A DNA stretch of 64,000 bases from Octopus vulgaris (lineage: Eukaryota), in NCBI GenBank assembly GCA_951406725.2, contig OX597828.1, forward strand, positions 75,454,001-75,518,000, given 5' to 3'. The notes beneath the pieces were generated by a model that did not search any database, was not told where the DNA came from, and saw nothing but the letters and a program-made list of their open reading frames with translations. The number at the start of each line of letters is the position of its first letter. The stretch's first letter is position 1. This document shows positions 24,690 to 37,303 of this stretch, one piece after another. Position numbers and translations under genes: made by a program.

Positions 24690-24875
24690 ACACAAATGCA
24701 GCGTGGAAGGTGTTTATAAGCCATTTAAAGTATGTAAAGTATTAGCAGACGCTCAGATAAGGAAAGAAAGGTGGTTTTACGTTTCGAGCAAAGCTCTTCT
24801 TCAGAAACAGGAGACAGAGGGAAGTCCAACAGGAAAGAAGGAGGGAAAAAATATCGCCAACGATTCACGCGGTTA
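24690..24875 (-). mobile_element. Penelope-like hammerhead-bearing short repeat
   Basis: Homologous to 15745-15890; contains the intact hammerhead at 24774-24808. Confidence 0.65.
24774..24808 (-). ncRNA. Minimal type-I hammerhead ribozyme, canonical core
   Basis: Minus strand GTTT CTGAAGA A GAGC-TTT-GCTC GAAAC GTA AAAC: CUGANGA and GAAA core, stem I GTTT/AAAC, stem II of 4 bp, GUA cleavage triplet, ACGT palindrome in place of stem III. Confidence 0.8.
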
Positions 24876-24913
24876 CATTTTGAATAAAAAATGGATTCTT
24901 CTATTTGCATGAA

Positions 24914-24944
<31 letters not shown>

Positions 24945-25285
24945 ATTATATATATGTCGATGACCTGTTGCGATTATAACATATTTGAATAAAGAGTGCA
25001 CTCAATACTTGGTGAGAGGTAGAGTTTAATGGCATAACACCCACTAACTGTTCGGTTTCCTTTGGTTACACATTGTTACAAAGAGCATACTTCGACTAAG
25101 GCAGCATTTAACAGACGGAAACCCAACACGTAACTTCAGCCGATACACACACAACATATATATGTACACATATATACATACATATGTATACACATATAGA
25201 TATGTGTGTATGCAGAAAAGATAGAGTAGAGAGAGAAAGCAAAGGGGAAATAGAGGCAGAGAGTGCAAGCAGAAGAAAAAGACTA

Positions 25286-25362
<77 letters not shown>

Positions 25363-25367
25363 GCTAG

Positions 25368-25427
<60 letters not shown>

Positions 25428-25625
25428 GAGAAAGAGAAAGGGAGAGTAAGAGTTGGTGCATAAAAAAATCACAGAGGAATGAAATGGAGAGAGAATGGAA
25501 TGGAGAGAGTGAACGAGTGCAATGGAGAGTTGGTCTGATCGATATCAAAAGGAGAGAGAATGAACGAGTCATGGCGAGGCGGAGAGGGAGGGAGGAAGTT
25601 GAATCACTTTTACTCTTTAGATAAA

Positions 25626-25683
<58 letters not shown>

Positions 25684-26185
25684 ATATGAACGTAGCAAAT
25701 AAGAAAGTAAGAAAGAAAATCAGAAAGATAAAGAAGGAAGAAAACCAAAACGGAATGAAGAGATCAGCAGCATCCTCATCAGGTACAGCAGCAGCACCAA
25801 CAACAACAACGACAAAGATGGTAAGATGGTATGTACGAGAAGAGCGGGGGGGGGGGGGGCAGGGAATTCAGCGAACGTCACTAACCACTAATAGTTAGCA
25901 CTAAACCATAATGGCCATCTTCAACGTTAAATAAGGGTTGGTTCATATAATTATTAACCATCCGTTCCTTCAACTCCCACAAGAGTTCCGCTAGGGTCTT
26001 CCTCCTAACTGCTTATTAACTATTTTACACTTTTGAATGAAATCCAGAAAACTTTCCGATAATTCCTATACTACCTCCAAAGACCATAATTCACTTTCAT
26101 TAATATAAACATACACATACCCAGACGCACATACATACACACGAATATATACATACATACATACACACGCATATATAGTATATAA

Positions 26186-26218
<33 letters not shown>

Positions 26219-26253
26219 AATGTGTGTTTATACATGATTACATGTAATTACAT

Positions 26254-26292
<39 letters not shown>

Positions 26293-26441
26293 ACGCAGAC
26301 AAATATATATATATATACAACACAGACATATATATATATATATATATATATGTAAATTAATATGCCAGTATATATACATACATGCATGCTTATAAGATAT
26401 TGTATATATACATGTATACATACGTATGTATATATAGGTGC

Positions 26442-26490
<49 letters not shown>

Positions 26491-27022
26491 CATGCAGACA
26501 TAAATACATATAGTGCTAATGTGAACGTGGTGTTGATGTATATACAGACACACAATTTATGCTCAGAAATATACACACACAACAACATACGTATAAGTAT
26601 ACAGACACCCGTTAACTCACAGAAAGGATAAACACACACACACATACACTACATTAACCACCACTATAATCTCCATCACAACCGCTATCACCACCACCAC
26701 CACTACCACCGCCACCACTATCATCACTACTCTGCCATATCATGTCGATATCGCTACGCATTGCCTGGACGTCATATTGCCTCGAATTGATGTTAGCTTG
26801 GCGGGAAGTAATACAACTGTCAATTCTTAATGGTACATCCTCTCGCTCCGACCTCTCTCTGTGTCGTTATACAAACACACGAATACGTACACACATATAT
26901 GTGTACGAGTATATGTGTGTGTATGTATCTATGAATGTATGTGCATATATATGCATATACGTATATGTATTATATATGCATTTATACATATATACGATAA
27001 ATGCCTATGCATATATTTAACA

Positions 27023-27389
27023 CTAGCAGTATCGCCCAGCGTTGCTCGGGTTTGTAAGGGAAATAACTATATAAGCATTTTTAGAGATGTAAAGTATAAC
27101 AGCCATCTCAATATGGCTAACCACAAGGGGTGGGTTACTGTAGCTTTTTACGTTCTGATATTTAATAATACATTTTTAGAGAGTTACTTCCCTTATATAA
27201 TAGCAAAAAAATGCATTAAAAATGGGAAAAAATGATGGTAAATTTTTTTTAAATCGTAGACTCATCGTAGACGCGTGCTAATACCCAGAAGGGCTCGATA
27301 TGAATCACGACTATAAGATACCCGCTTTTGGTTACACTGCACCGCAAAATGTGGGAGTAGTTAGGAATCTTCACTTTTATATATAAAGA
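27023..27389 (-). mobile_element. Non-autonomous Helitron
   Basis: a|TCTTTATATATAAAAG...cccgagcaacgctggg-cgatactgCTAG|t; long near-identical blocks shared with 62808-63206. Confidence 0.9.
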
Positions 27390-27985
27390 TATTCGCGTTT
27401 AGCTGTGCATATGAATATATGACGTCATACCATACAACGTACGTTATGTGCTCTCAGCTCTTTGGCGGCGTCACATGCGCGCGGACATAAGAAACGGCGG
27501 ATCCTGAGCGTCTAATACTTGGCGGAGCCCATCACAGTTCAGGTCTCAGCACAGCCCCTTTTTATTTTCCAGAAGCGGGATAGGGAAGAGACAGGAAGAA
27601 ATAGAAAAGAATGGAGAATGAGGCCAGGTATAGGATGGGTACATTATTTCTCGAATGTAGGAAGAATGAAACGCAAAATTGACATCGGCCGTGTTTGAAC
27701 TCAGAGCGTTGAGAGATGAAACGATAACCACAAAGCAGTGTAAGTCTAACCAACGTTCTAACGAATTGCCAATTAGGTGCCACATATAGAAGCCATCCGT
27801 CTCTCTCACTCTATCTTAATGCGCCTGTGTGTGTGTGTGTGGTGGCACACGCAGTTCTATCCTTCTTTAAAGGTACGTGTAGCATTTCCCTTTTAAATCA
27901 TAGGAGGCCGAGTTAGAGAATAACTAGACCTGTAATTTTAGCACAAAACGTGATGTCATGCCCGGTAACGAGATGACAACCACAA

Positions 27986-28087
<102 letters not shown>

Positions 28088-28211
28088 CATAGACACACAC
28101 ACATATATATATATACATACATATAAATGTTAGATCATATACATATATATATATATATGTATATGTATATAAATATGTATATATACACATATATATATAT
28201 GTATATATATG

Positions 28212-28281
<70 letters not shown>

Positions 28282-28304
28282 TATATACATACATACATAA
28301 ATGC

Positions 28305-28580
28305 TGTCATGAGCTCATATATGACTAGCAAGTCCTGCTCTTGACAAACAACCTCTGCTCTTGGCCTTACAAATATTTTTAAGTAGATTGTAGTTAAGTT
28401 CTGTGTACGAAGTCCTCGTTTCAAGATAGATTGTTCAATTCTTCGAGCTTCAAATGGTTTACATCTATTGTAGATCATTTGTTTCCAGACCGATCGATCT
28501 TACGCCATCTGGTCCCAGTCTTCAGCTTTCACATTAAGAGCCTTAAAGTTGCTTTTGACAGCATCCCTAAAACGTTTCTT
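28305..28580 (-). mobile_element. RTE (BovB-type) LINE ORF C-terminal fragment
   Basis: Minus translation [46 protein letters not shown]...KRGLR, then frameshift to [13 protein letters not shown] (C2H2 remnant), matching KRFKD.LK......W...A.DR..W...GL.SH.R.H. Confidence 0.8.
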
Positions 28581-28624
28581 ATATATATATGTGTAAGGTC
28601 CAAGTATTTGTTGTGCGTATATAT

Positions 28625-28751
28625 CGGTGCAGGTGGGTCAAGAAGCTTAGTTTCCAACTATTTGGTTCCACTGCACTTTGAGCAAGTATCTACTATAAAC
28701 CCGGGCTATAGTAGAGTGGATTTGGTAGACGGAAACTGAAAGAAGCCCGTC

Positions 28752-28795
<44 letters not shown>

Positions 28796-28975
28796 ATGTT
28801 TGTTTGAATTTATGTGCTTGTGTTTGTGTGTATGTGGGATTGTGTTCTCCAACACCGCTTCACAACTGGTGTTGGTTTATATACGGCTCTTTGACTTAGC
28901 GGTTCGGCAAGAGGCCAAGAGAATAATCACTAGGCTTAAAAGGAAATTATAAGTACTGGTGTTGATTCGTTCTTG
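28625..28975 (+). mobile_element. SINE family A, diverged, lacking the 3' tail
   Basis: gagtggatttggtagacggaaactgaaagaagcccgtcg, (TA)n, then acttagcggttcggcaag. Confidence 0.8.
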
Positions 28976-30135
28976 ACTGCTATTGCCACTATTATTCCCA
29001 AATCTACCCTGCCCAGGGTAGAAGCGCATGTTGGGCTCTCAGCTGTGGTTTAAAGAAAAGAAGTAAAAGCATCCAAGCCAGGGAACATTGAAATCCTGGG
29101 ACGCAGCATCGGTGGCTGCGAACTGTTTCGGCAGATAAATCCTATTGAATCAGTAGCGAATAATATATCCCTGATGCTGAGTGAACGAACAGGCGCCAAG
29201 CTCAACAGCCAGGATCAACCAATTCCGTTAGTGGACGACTGCTATTGTCTGTTGTCGTGGCGTGCGCAGGTGAGATATTTTGGATAGCGAAAGACCAGGC
29301 CAGATATTTTTGCAGCAGCGCTCGATCGAACCGTCTGGCATGGAAGGGTTACATTGTTTCGTGCAAGCCGTCCACCTTGGATGAATGGATGAACATTTTA
29401 TATAAATTGTTATGACTTTAATTGATGTTGTATCTCTTCCAGTGCTGAGTACATTAAGTAGACCTCCACCTCAACGCAATCATTTCTATCATCCCAGAGT
29501 TAGAAATGTCGTAAATTCTATTTCTTCAGCCACCGATTTAGCCTCTTCATTACACAGAATAGAAAAGACGGAAAATGCAGAAAAAATGGGGAGGCAAAAT
29601 GTAAAAATATTGTAGAAAATTCAGCATGAATTGATAGAAACATGGGAATGCCAAGAATACTTTCTAAGGACAGAAAGCACCAGTGAACGATAGTCTTTTA
29701 CAAAAGGAGGAACATAATTTTGATCGCATGGTATACGAAAGTAAGTTACCCTAAACGGGAGATTGTGGTGATGATGGATCACAACTAAAATTCATAGATT
29801 TAATGCTAACTCCCCTCAAAAATTTACATTTCACCTGGTTAGGCCTGAGAGCATGATGGCTAATTAATATGATCTTATATTCTTGTGTCAATTAAATATT
29901 GGAGAAAGAGAGAGGAAGAGAGTGAAGCAGGAACAGAACCGATAGCGGGAAATTTGCCAGTTTCCTAAATTCGTTTCGATGTCATCTTATGTATTCAATA
30001 TTGTGATACCTCAAAGGTGGGAAACGGGTCGATCTTACAGGAACGCGTATTTCAATGAATGGAACAATGCAAAGAAAAAAGTACCTAAATAAAACAAAAC
30101 CGAAGTATTTGATGGACAATAACATTATCTATCTA

Positions 30136-30225
<90 letters not shown>

Positions 30226-30763
30226 GAATGTTTCAAAAAAAGATGGGTGAATGTAGCAAGGATGGCACGTATGAATGACGAAGCCACCTTGAGCATAATC
30301 CTATGAACCCAGAAATTGAAAACAGAGGGTTACCCACTTGCAAACAAATGTGGTAACATATAACAATATCGACCAAGGTTACCGTGGTCTTTTTCGTAGG
30401 CTTTTCTTCCCACGAATAAACCTTACTTGCTTTCCCCTTTACACCATATACCATAACACTGTGATACACGATTCCTATTGATCGTTCTTTTTTTTCCCCT
30501 TCCCCCTTTTTTTCCCCTTTTTTCTTCTTTTTTCATTTCTCTTTTCTCTTGTTCCTTTTCCTTTTCCTTTTTTTTATTCTTTTTATTTTTTATTTTATTT
30601 ATTTATATACTTTTTTTTGTTCTTTTCTTCCCTTTTACGATCCCTCTTGATCGAAAACCTACGCCAACCCCCTTTTTTTTTGTTTTCTTCATCCCCCAAA
30701 AGAAAAGCTCTACCTTGTAACTTGTCCCATCTGTGTGCAGCCCTGTGTGGCCAATAAAGAAAC
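30226..30763 (+). mobile_element. Tx1/L1-like LINE 3' fragment inside a (TATC)n tract
   Basis: ORF end ECFKKRWVNVARMARMNDEATLSIIL* (F...RW is typical of L1/Tx1 ORF2 ends), T-rich 3' UTR, terminal AATAAAGAAAC, (TATC)n on both sides; homologous to 36691-37017. Clade is inferred. Confidence 0.65.
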
Positions 30764-30845
<82 letters not shown>

Positions 30846-32439
30846 GTCTGTCTGTCTGTATGTCTGTATGTCTGTCTGTATGTCTGCCTGCCTGCCTGCC
30901 TGCCTGCCTACCTACCTACCTACCTACCTACATACCTACCTATCTATCTACCTATCTATATATCTACTTACGTACTTATCTATCAATCAATCTATTTATC
31001 TATCTATCCAGATGTGTGTATAGTAAATAAGCACGCACGCACGTACGCGCGTGCGCGCAAACACACTCGCACATACCACACCACACATGTATATAACCAT
31101 GCATGCATGTATACGTACGTGAATGTATATCTGCTGCCACTCTATATAACTATCAACATATGTTAACTCCGAAACCAGACCCTGGCCATGCGTCGGTCAA
31201 TGAGGGAGACCGGTTCGCAAAATGTATCGACTTGAACCAATATGGTCGGGCACCAGTGCTGTCGCAGACACCAGTGCTGTCAGATCGTAAAGATCTGGAA
31301 TAAATACACCAAAACATTGCATTTGACCATCATCCTAAATTGGTACTTTTTTTAACGACCTTCAAAGTATAAACGGCAAAGATGGAGTTGACTAGTTTTC
31401 ACACTGAGCTGGCCGCCGTCGGAAACGAGTAAAAGAGTATATATATATATATGTATAAGCAGAACGATTCTGTGTCGGTACCTTTGTTACTGTATGCCAA
31501 CCATAAACTTTCTACCATTAGGTAAAACATATTAGTCGCGATCTGTTTAAGTTCTTCATATTATTACTGGCAGCTGGAAGGTGAAGGAAGTGGTCTCCGA
31601 CAAGACTTAAGGAGAACTATTTGGCAAATAAACAGTAGAAGAATTTGTGCTATATGCACACGTCATATCTTCACAACACACACACACACATGGGAGAATG
31701 GGGTTGTCGATGGACTCTAAAGCCATAAAGCGTGATAAAGAAAATCTTTCAACTCAGAGGTTTACGTCGGCTCTTCATCGTCCAGTAGGAACTCTAATTG
31801 TGGTATCGTCGCACAAGGTCAACACCGACGAAAACTAATTCAAAAAGTATTACAAGTCTGTCATAGTCGCATTTTTCATGACGAATAAGAGCTTCGTCCT
31901 CGAAATATTGGATGTTCAAACTAGATGTCATTCGTTTGATGAAGATTAAAAAGATGCATAGCTTTATCTAGAACACACCGGCGCATACATACGTACATAC
32001 ATACATACACACTCACATACATACATACATACATACATACATACATACATACATACATACATACATACATACATACATACATGCATACATACATACATAC
32101 ATACATACATACATGCATGCATGCATACATACATACACATGTGTATATATATATATATGTACATGTGTATATATGATTCTGCTTATGCATGACTATATAA
32201 ATCTGTATATATTTTCCTACGAAGTATATAATATGCATGTATATCTGTGTATCTGTCTATATTTATCTATAACATCATCTTGGCAACGTCGTCCAAGGTT
32301 TGGATGGGAAACAAGAAAGAAATGGCTTCGTTTCGCAATATTCACGTATCAATAATTGTTTACATATAGGCGTATAAATACATAAACTGAAATTTATATA
32401 TGCCATATATATATATTATATACATCCCATGTATATATA

Positions 32440-32483
<44 letters not shown>

Positions 32484-32528
32484 TATACATATCATATATA
32501 TATACTATATATCACAAACATATTTATA

Positions 32529-32563
<35 letters not shown>

Positions 32564-32564
32564 C

Positions 32565-32603
<39 letters not shown>

Positions 32604-33158
32604 CAATGTTTATCATAAGTATGTATCTATATCATACGCCTACGAATACACGTATATCCTATATATGTATATGTATGTGTGTGTGTGTGTGTGTGCGTAT
32701 TCATATCAGTTACCAAGACATATGTAAGATTATTCACAGATTTATAGCATTTACTGTTTGATTTAATATAAAATATAAACAATGCTTAATCTAGATGCAC
32801 AAACACTCACACACATTCACTCATACACATTCACTCATACACGCACACACACACACGCACACACACACACACGTATATATATGCACACATACACACATAC
32901 ATATATATATTCATGAATAAGTTGACATACATATATGAATACAAACTTATGTACACACATACATATAAACTTATATATACACATTAATAGACACATACAT
33001 ATATAAACATACGCATTTATAGAGTTCAGAATAAGACGTGTGTTATCTTTTCAAGAATCTATCTATCTATCCATATGTCTACATACCTCTATAGCTACAA
33101 TATATATATTTGCGCTTGTCTATGCCTACGTATATATATATATATTTATTTATTTATT

Positions 33159-33195
<37 letters not shown>

Positions 33196-33244
33196 TATAT
33201 ATTGATATATATGAATATATATATATATATTTATTTATTATATA

Positions 33245-33277
<33 letters not shown>

Positions 33278-33328
33278 GAATATATATAGAAATATATGAA
33301 TATATATATATATATTTATTTATTTATG

Positions 33329-33362
<34 letters not shown>

Positions 33363-33387
33363 ACATACACATACCTATCTATCTATC

Positions 33388-33435
<48 letters not shown>

Positions 33436-33436
33436 G

Positions 33437-33524
<88 letters not shown>

Positions 33525-34036
33525 TATACATACATACATATATATATATATACGCATAGATACATACAATGGAGGCGTTAGTAGTGGGAAGTTTCATATA
33601 TAATTTGAGGAACAGGAAGAGCAACAACAACACTTGGCAGGAAATAGCAGTTATTCTTGTAGCAAGAATACATAAACAAGATAAGACAAAGCGAAACCGT
33701 CAAGTGACACTTTATCCTTGAATCTGTTCAATTGATGTATACGCCAACTATTGAATATTAATCAGAATATACACTTCATTAAAAAGTCTCTATATCTTTG
33801 TTCATATAATTCTATCTATAAAATTTCGGAATGTCTAAATATCGTTATTTATGGATTTATTTATCTTTTATTTTATTGTATGGTAAATATCTTTTCATTA
33901 TAGGCACACACACACACACACTCAGAGACACAGACGAATATGTGTTGATATATATACATATATATGCTGACATATATTCGTCTGTACCTGTTTCCACATA
34001 TATGTTAGTATAGTTTTACATTTGCACATTTGTGTT

Positions 34037-34079
<43 letters not shown>

Positions 34080-34160
34080 GTATATACATTTGCGTACGCG
34101 TGTATTTATAACTACACAATTGTTTGTATAAATATGTTTACATATTTGTGTGTATGTATA

Positions 34161-34225
<65 letters not shown>

Positions 34226-34613
34226 ATATAAATACGCCCATATGCATCTACACACATTCATTTACATATCTACGCCTACGCACATATGTATTAATTTGCG
34301 TGCATATATGCATGTATATATATATATATATATATATAATTATGTGTGAGTGTGTGTATTAATTTAAGTTTGCACTGTTAATGTGTTTGTAGTTAAAGAG
34401 GAGGAAGCAAGCCGCATCATCATCATCATCGTCGTCAACGGTAATAACACGAAAATCTACTGTTTCCTAATTAATAAACAGTAACAACAACAAGATGAAG
34501 ATAAATGTATTAGAGATTATTAATAACAATAATATTTATAATATTAACGACATCAACTAGGGCAACAAAACTACTGCTGGCACAACTATTTTGAACAACA
34601 ACAACAACGAAAC

Positions 34614-34658
<45 letters not shown>

Positions 34659-34789
34659 ATGCTGCAAAAGCAATTACGTCACACACGCGCGCGCGCGCGC
34701 AAACATAAAAGTAAAGATAAATTTCAAATAACATTAATGGATATTTAATGTGAAAGTAAGTTGAAAGTAATGCAGCACTTAACTTCGTC

Positions 34790-34965
34790 GTCATCATCAT
34801 CATCATCAGCATTTACATTCTCATCATCATTATCATCATCATCATCATCATCATCAGCATTTACATTCTCATCATCATTATCATCATAATCATCATCAGT
34901 ATTTACATTCTTATCATCATTATCATCATTAACATTCTCATTATCATCAAGATCATTATAATCGT
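34790..34965. repeat. Minisatellite of CATTTACATTCT plus (CAT)n units, about 4 copies
   Basis: atttacattct at about 34811, 34859 and 34901, plus attaacattct at about 34928. Confidence 0.85.
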
Positions 34966-35639
34966 CAATCATTACCATCATCAACAGCAACAACAACAAC
35001 AACAACAATAATAAAAATGTTGATGATGTTTATTACGGTATTGTAGCATTGTATTTATGTATTGTGCTTGTCTTTGCAGTGGTGGTGGTCATAGATGTAC
35101 AGATATTGGTTCTAGTTACATGAAGTGTCGTGGTGGTTGCACCGGTTTTAATCCTGTGTTTAGGCTGAAGTAGCGGTGTTAGTGTTAATGTTGGCGATAG
35201 TATCGGCTGTAGTAGCAGTGGTTATGGTGACTGTATCTTCTCAAGCACTAGATAAAGAAAAGCAATTAGCACAAAGTGGAGTTCTGCTTCTTGAATGAAA
35301 GGATCGTTCCTATTGTGGTTGTGCCTCCACAATGGAACCTCTCTGGGTGAGGAACGCTTGTTTGGCGTTTTTAGTTTTGTAACCACTTTTGGACTTTGTA
35401 GATGTAAGTAACAAAACTCACAGAATCTAAGACAGATTCTTATAATGAAAAGTTATGAGAATATAATTCTCAGGAAGAGTAGAGTCTTAAACTGTAATCA
35501 GTTACCTTTATTTAGACTCTCGAACGAATATTATGGTTTTCTAGTGTTTTCGGGAGGGTAGGGCATGGAACCAAACTGCTTGTTGAAATATATATCATGC
35601 CAGAAATATTTTGTTAGGGAGGAGGTGCTTCAAATTGTG

Positions 35640-35862
35640 TAGACATTTTCAGGTGAAGTGAAGAGAGAGAATAACACGCAGATGGAAAGAGTGGCAGTTG
35701 GTGAGTGAATCTGGTGATAAACAAGGGATGGTTAACCGAAATCAGAGACACCCATGGTCTACAACCAGCAGATATTTATCACTTGCAGACAAACGTAACG
35801 GATACATGAAATTAGTTCTGGGCGTTAGTATTGGGGTTTCAACTTTGGACAACTGCTTGACT
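35640..35862 (+). mobile_element. Decayed RTE-like ORF C-terminus
   Basis: Across frames FSGEVKRENNTQMERVAVGE / WLTEIRDTHGLQPADIYHL / ADKRNGYMKLV, resembling YFGHV.R...LEK....G...RWLD.IK..TGL......A.DR..WR.LV. Confidence 0.4.
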
Positions 35863-36245
35863 CCATCTCCTGAATACGGAAGATGTCGGAACCAAGTAAA
35901 ACGCTCCAAGCTTGCCATGCTAGCGTGGCAGAGAGATTTGTGGAGTTGTTCTACGAAGCAGCACCACGAAATAAGTACGTAGCATCTGTGATTGCGTTAA
36001 GGGATCCGGAAGGGCATATGTCCTCATAGTGTGATACTGACGTATTTGTAATATCTATTTTGTATTTTATACCGATTACTATCTGATCAATAAGTTAAAA
36101 CTGGATTAAATCTCATGTGATGTTGTTTATTGTGCTGGCAAAGCTTTTGTTGTCGTCAGTTTCGTTGATGAGAGAAAAAAAAACTGTCTTGTTGCCTTTT
36201 AATAAGTAGAAACGATAATGCCCATATGAATGTGTGTATACATAG

Positions 36246-36315
<70 letters not shown>

Positions 36316-36690
36316 TTATATACATATGAGCATTACGGTGAACTCTCACATCGATTTCGATGTATATGGTCTTCGATCAACTAGACAATCAACTCACTGA
36401 ATTAAAGCGTGAAGTGGTTGAGTATTTCACAGACAGTAACGTCCGTGTTTAGCGTAACTCTCATAGAGACAGTCTGTGTGACAACATTGGTTTTGTTGAA
36501 TGATTTGTACGATTCATGGAACAAGCTTCTTTACAGTCTCCGCCTTGTCAAATTCCTTCACAAGGCTTAGGGCAACACGAGACTAAGGAAAATGCACTTG
36601 AACAGGATACCCTGGAGGTGGGGTCGAACCCAGATCGAGTGCTTGATTAAGTTCGCAAACAGCAATTCTTAACTAATCAGTCATAGCTTG

Positions 36691-37017
36691 AGATTGGTGA
36701 GAGTGACGGAAGTGGCGAGGTTGAATGCGTCTACCCTGAACATGCTTTTTGACTTGAACGAACATGGGAGAGTTACCTCTTAAAACATTGACTGTCGTAA
36801 TTTGAGCTTTTGCGTAAGTTTACCCCTTAATTTCCCCTGGATGCTCTTTCCTTCATGCCGAGGAAACTTTTCCTTTTCTTATATAATTTTCATATTTCTA
36901 TCCTACATATTTCCTGCCCTCTTTTTATTCGATGTAAACCCCACCACTGTGTGTTCGTATTCCGTCCTTGTAATGTCCCCCAATGTCTTTGAGCCCTTCT
37001 GGCCAATGAATGAAATC
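36691..37017 (+). mobile_element. Second, diverged Tx1/L1-like LINE 3' fragment
   Basis: RLVRVTEVARLNASTLNMLF aligns to RWVNVARMARMNDEATLSIIL (30226 copy). It ends ccttgtaatgtcccccaatgtctttgagcccttctggccaatgaatgaaatc, similar to 30713-30763. Confidence 0.65.
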
Positions 37018-37032
37018 GTCATTATTATTGAA

Positions 37033-37243
37033 GGCGGTGAGCTGGCAGAATCGTTACCATGCCGGGCAAAATGCTTAGCGATATTTCGTCCGTCTTCACA
37101 TTCCGAGTTCAAATTCTACTGAGGTCGATTTTGCCTTTCATCCTTTCGGGGTCGATAAATTAAGTACCAGTGAAACACTGGTGTTGCTGTCGTCTACTAG
37201 TCCCCTCCCCACAATTTCAAGCCTTGTGCCTATAGCAGAAAAG

Positions 37244-37303
<60 letters not shown>
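37033..37303 (+). mobile_element. SINE family B, full-length reference copy with long (TTA)n tail
   Basis: ggcggtgagctggcagaatcgtta, gagttcaaattc (B box), ggtcgattttgcctttcatcctttcggggtcgataaattaagtaccag, then gccttgtgcctatagcagaaaagatt(ATT)n. Confidence 0.92.
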
